Made by a program: the position numbers and the translations under genes. A stretch of 64,000 nt of DNA from Amoebidium appalachense. Taxonomy: Eukaryota; Protista; Ichthyosporea. The notes under the pieces were generated by a model. It was not told the origin of the DNA and made no database searches. It was given only the letters and a program-made list of their open reading frames with translations. The stretch spans positions 2,285,527 through 2,349,526 of the forward strand of contig CAVNZM010000017.1 of NCBI GenBank assembly GCA_963693365.1. The letters are read 5' to 3'. This document shows, piece by piece, positions 61,216 through 64,000 of the stretch (its first letter is position 1; each line of letters opens with the position of its first letter).

Positions 61216-63405
61216 GTCGCAGCCTCGCCTGCATAAGTACATCTTTGTTCTGAAGGTACACTTTCCCCTCGTATTGCCACGTTCTCAAGCATTCAGCCAC
61301 AAATACCACTGCTTAGCTCTTGTAACCCACTCCGAGCTGTTCTTTACCGACCCCCCTCCCCACCCCCCCCCCCCCCCCCCCCCCACCCCCTCCCCCTCGA
61401 TGGGCTGTACGTGTGATGCAAGCTCCTTCTGGGTGCTTCCCTTTGCTCCCCCCCCTCCCCCCCCACCCACCCCCCCCCCCGCCCACTCCCCCCCGTTTCG
61501 TGTTTCTCTTCTCACCCGTGCCGCTTCCTGTCTTCTCTCCAACCTGCAGTGCACATGGTCACACAGAAAGAAACTATACACAGACACATACCACCAACTT
61601 CCTGTGACAGTTTGAATCTCTCTCCGCACCCCCTTCTTGTCTCTTCTCTCTCTTTCTCTACCCCTCTATCTCTACTATCCCCCCCCTCCCCCTCCCCGCT
61701 TCTCGCTCACAACAATTCACACGTGCGTGCGTGCGCACACACACACACGCACACACATCCACCCACACCCACCCACAAACACACACAAGCGCACCAAAAA
61801 AAAGAAAAAAAACAGCCAACCACCACCTTCTTCTCCTTTCCATTGCCTGACACCCACTTTCTCTCCCTTTTTCTTTGGTTTTTCAGGTTCGAGGATTTTC
61901 CAACCCATGGGCACACGCAAAAATTGATGGAAATTGTAATTTTGGGGGGGTACCAACGTGGGAACCCAGACCCAGCAGTGTCAAAGGAACCCCCCTTCAG
62001 GTGGTAGTGGGATGCAGTTTTGCTGCCGATGAGTTGGAGTCACCGTTGAAGGCGTGGCTGGAGGGGGTGGTTGGTGAGTGCATACACACACACACACACA
62101 AACACAAACACGAGGGCAAACACACACGTACACACGTACACACAGACACACACAGTGCACACAAACACATGCAGACCCACTTGCAGGGACGAAAGGCACC
62201 GATGGGGCAGGCATGCGATGGGCGTGCTTGCAGGGGGAGGGGGAGGGGGGGGGGGGGGGGATGGCAGGTGGACGGAACGAATACATGCATATTTTCCAAG
62301 GTTGGCGTGTGTTAGTGTCAGTCACTTCATGTCGCATCTCTATTGTGGACCAAAGAGGGAACAAGTGGCAGGGGGAGGAGGAGGGGGGGGTCGGGGGAAG
62401 GTGGGGAGAATCGGGGGAAAGGGCGGGGCGTGGCGGGGTGTGTGTGTGTGTGTGGGGGGGGGGGGGTTAAGCCGGCGAGTGAGGATGGGGCGGGGGGGGG
62501 GGGGGATGAGGGAGGAGGAAGAGGTCCTGGTTTAGTCCACATGTTTCTTTTCTGCGTTGGCGCATGACGACGTGATATCCCCCCCCCCCCCCCCACCCCC
62601 CACAAACCCCCATTCCCCTCTCCCCGTGCCCCCTCTCCCCCCTCCTCCGTCTTCCGTGTACTTCACACGCTTTGTCAGTGGCATCACACAACCAATCAAA
62701 TTCAGTTCAGTTCTGTATAACACTTTGAATAATAATTGAAATTTCTTAACAACCAATTTAAAATTTCCAGGATTGCCATGCAACCTGGAGTGGGTACCCT
62801 ACGGTGGGATGGTGCGGGAGCTATCACGTGATCCCAGCCGGTATCTGATCAATCAGGTTGCTCGATCTGCCAACCTTCTCGTCCTCCGATTGGAGGATCT
62901 AGCACAACCACACCCAGAGCTGCAGACAGGACGGTGAGTCACGTGCTATCCCTTCCCCCCTGCCTGCACGCTTTAATTGTTTTGATTTTGGACCTCCCGC
63001 TTTTTCGACGTTTGTTGATGCTCTTTGTTGTCTCCTCCATATTTCCAACCCCTCTAACGCATACATCACCCCCCCCCCCCCCCCCCCCCCCGTCCCTCCC
63101 CCTTTCCACTCCCTCCCTCCCCCCGCCACCCCCCCCCCCCCCACCAAAAAACCCCCAAACTTGCATAGCTTCTCACTCCCCCCCCCCCCCCCCGTTCGGT
63201 TCCCCGCACACACACTCATCCTGACATTTAATTCACCCCTCTTAATGTTTGATTATCCTTCATTCCCTCTGAATGCTGCATTGGGAGAAGGTGCTTGCAT
63301 GTCCGCACAGGTACACACGCAAGCACACACACAGGCAGAAAGACAGGCAGGCAGGCGCGCGCACGCACGCACGCACACACGCACGCACGCACGCACGCAC
63401 GCACA

Positions 63406-63497
<92 letters not shown>

Positions 63498-63865
63498 CAC
63501 ACACACACACACACACACCACACACACACTTGATACCAGCAACGTCTTTTTTCTCCACGAAATATTTTCAGGATTTTAACATTAAAACGTACCCCTTCAC
63601 TCTTCCTCCAGGCAACTTCTAATGGGCCTAAAAAATGGTGTCGACACATTTAGCGGCACACTTCTAAAAATGGCATCGCAGACCATCGGGCCCACTATAG
63701 TCATAGTGTGTCCTTACATGCCAGAAACCTATGCGGATCCGAATTTACGCGAGGTTTTCACGTGGGCAGAGGGCCGTTTGGTTGGTTCACTGCAATCTGC
63801 AACCAACGTACATCCAGTTGCATCACAATGCCTAATGGAAGAATACACATGGTGGGCGTTTGTCT

Positions 63866-63921
<56 letters not shown>

Positions 63922-64000
63922 ACACACACACACCCCCACCCACCCCCATCCTACCCATCCATATACACTCAGAGGGTAAACGGGGTGAAACTTTAAGGCA
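60301..64000 (+). CDS. Cold-shock-domain protein fused to an FkbH-like N-terminal domain (partial, continues beyond the window)
   Basis: Exon 60301-60714: YKGRVERWVVRLECGFIIPED...LKKGDIVSFEIV...YKATAVT (CSD/OB fold). Exons near 61887-62073, 62771-62933 and 63611-63851 splice to LQVVVGCSFAADELESPLKAWL...LEWVPYGGMVREL.RDP...ANLLVLRLEDL...TIVIVCP, resembling the region preceding the HAD-IIIC domain in FkbH proteins (recognised from memory, not searched). Confidence 0.7.
62970..63068 (+). mobile_element. Family-2 3' fragment ending at poly(C)
   Basis: ...ctctttgttgtctcctccatatttccaacccctctaacgcatacatca, then a C tract; matches 34167-34252. Confidence 0.8.

Overview
Intron-rich eukaryotic DNA; the taxon cannot be fixed from sequence. 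It is saturated with poly-G/C, (CA)n and (GA)n tracts, so nearly all ORF-track entries are microsatellite artefacts. Splicing short GT-AG exons by hand recovers: an NADK2-like NAD kinase (-), two tandem disrupted 12-finger C2H2 paralogs (-), an unknown coiled-coil protein (+), a CorA/ALR-type Mg transporter (-), a LAT/SLC7-type amino acid transporter (+), and a cold-shock-domain protein fused to an FkbH-like N-terminal domain (+, runs off the window). The most notable non-genic signal is a group of about 20 variably 5'-truncated retroelement-like fragments. Their fixed 3' ends abut poly(C) tracts instead of poly(A), they share a covarying pseudoknot-like RNA core, they stack in arrays, and they are co-oriented with host genes. 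Also present: a ~30-bp palindromic micro-element (CACGGCC...GGCCGTG) with 7-8 bp target-site duplications, minisatellites derived from splice junctions, and a TA-flanked MITE.
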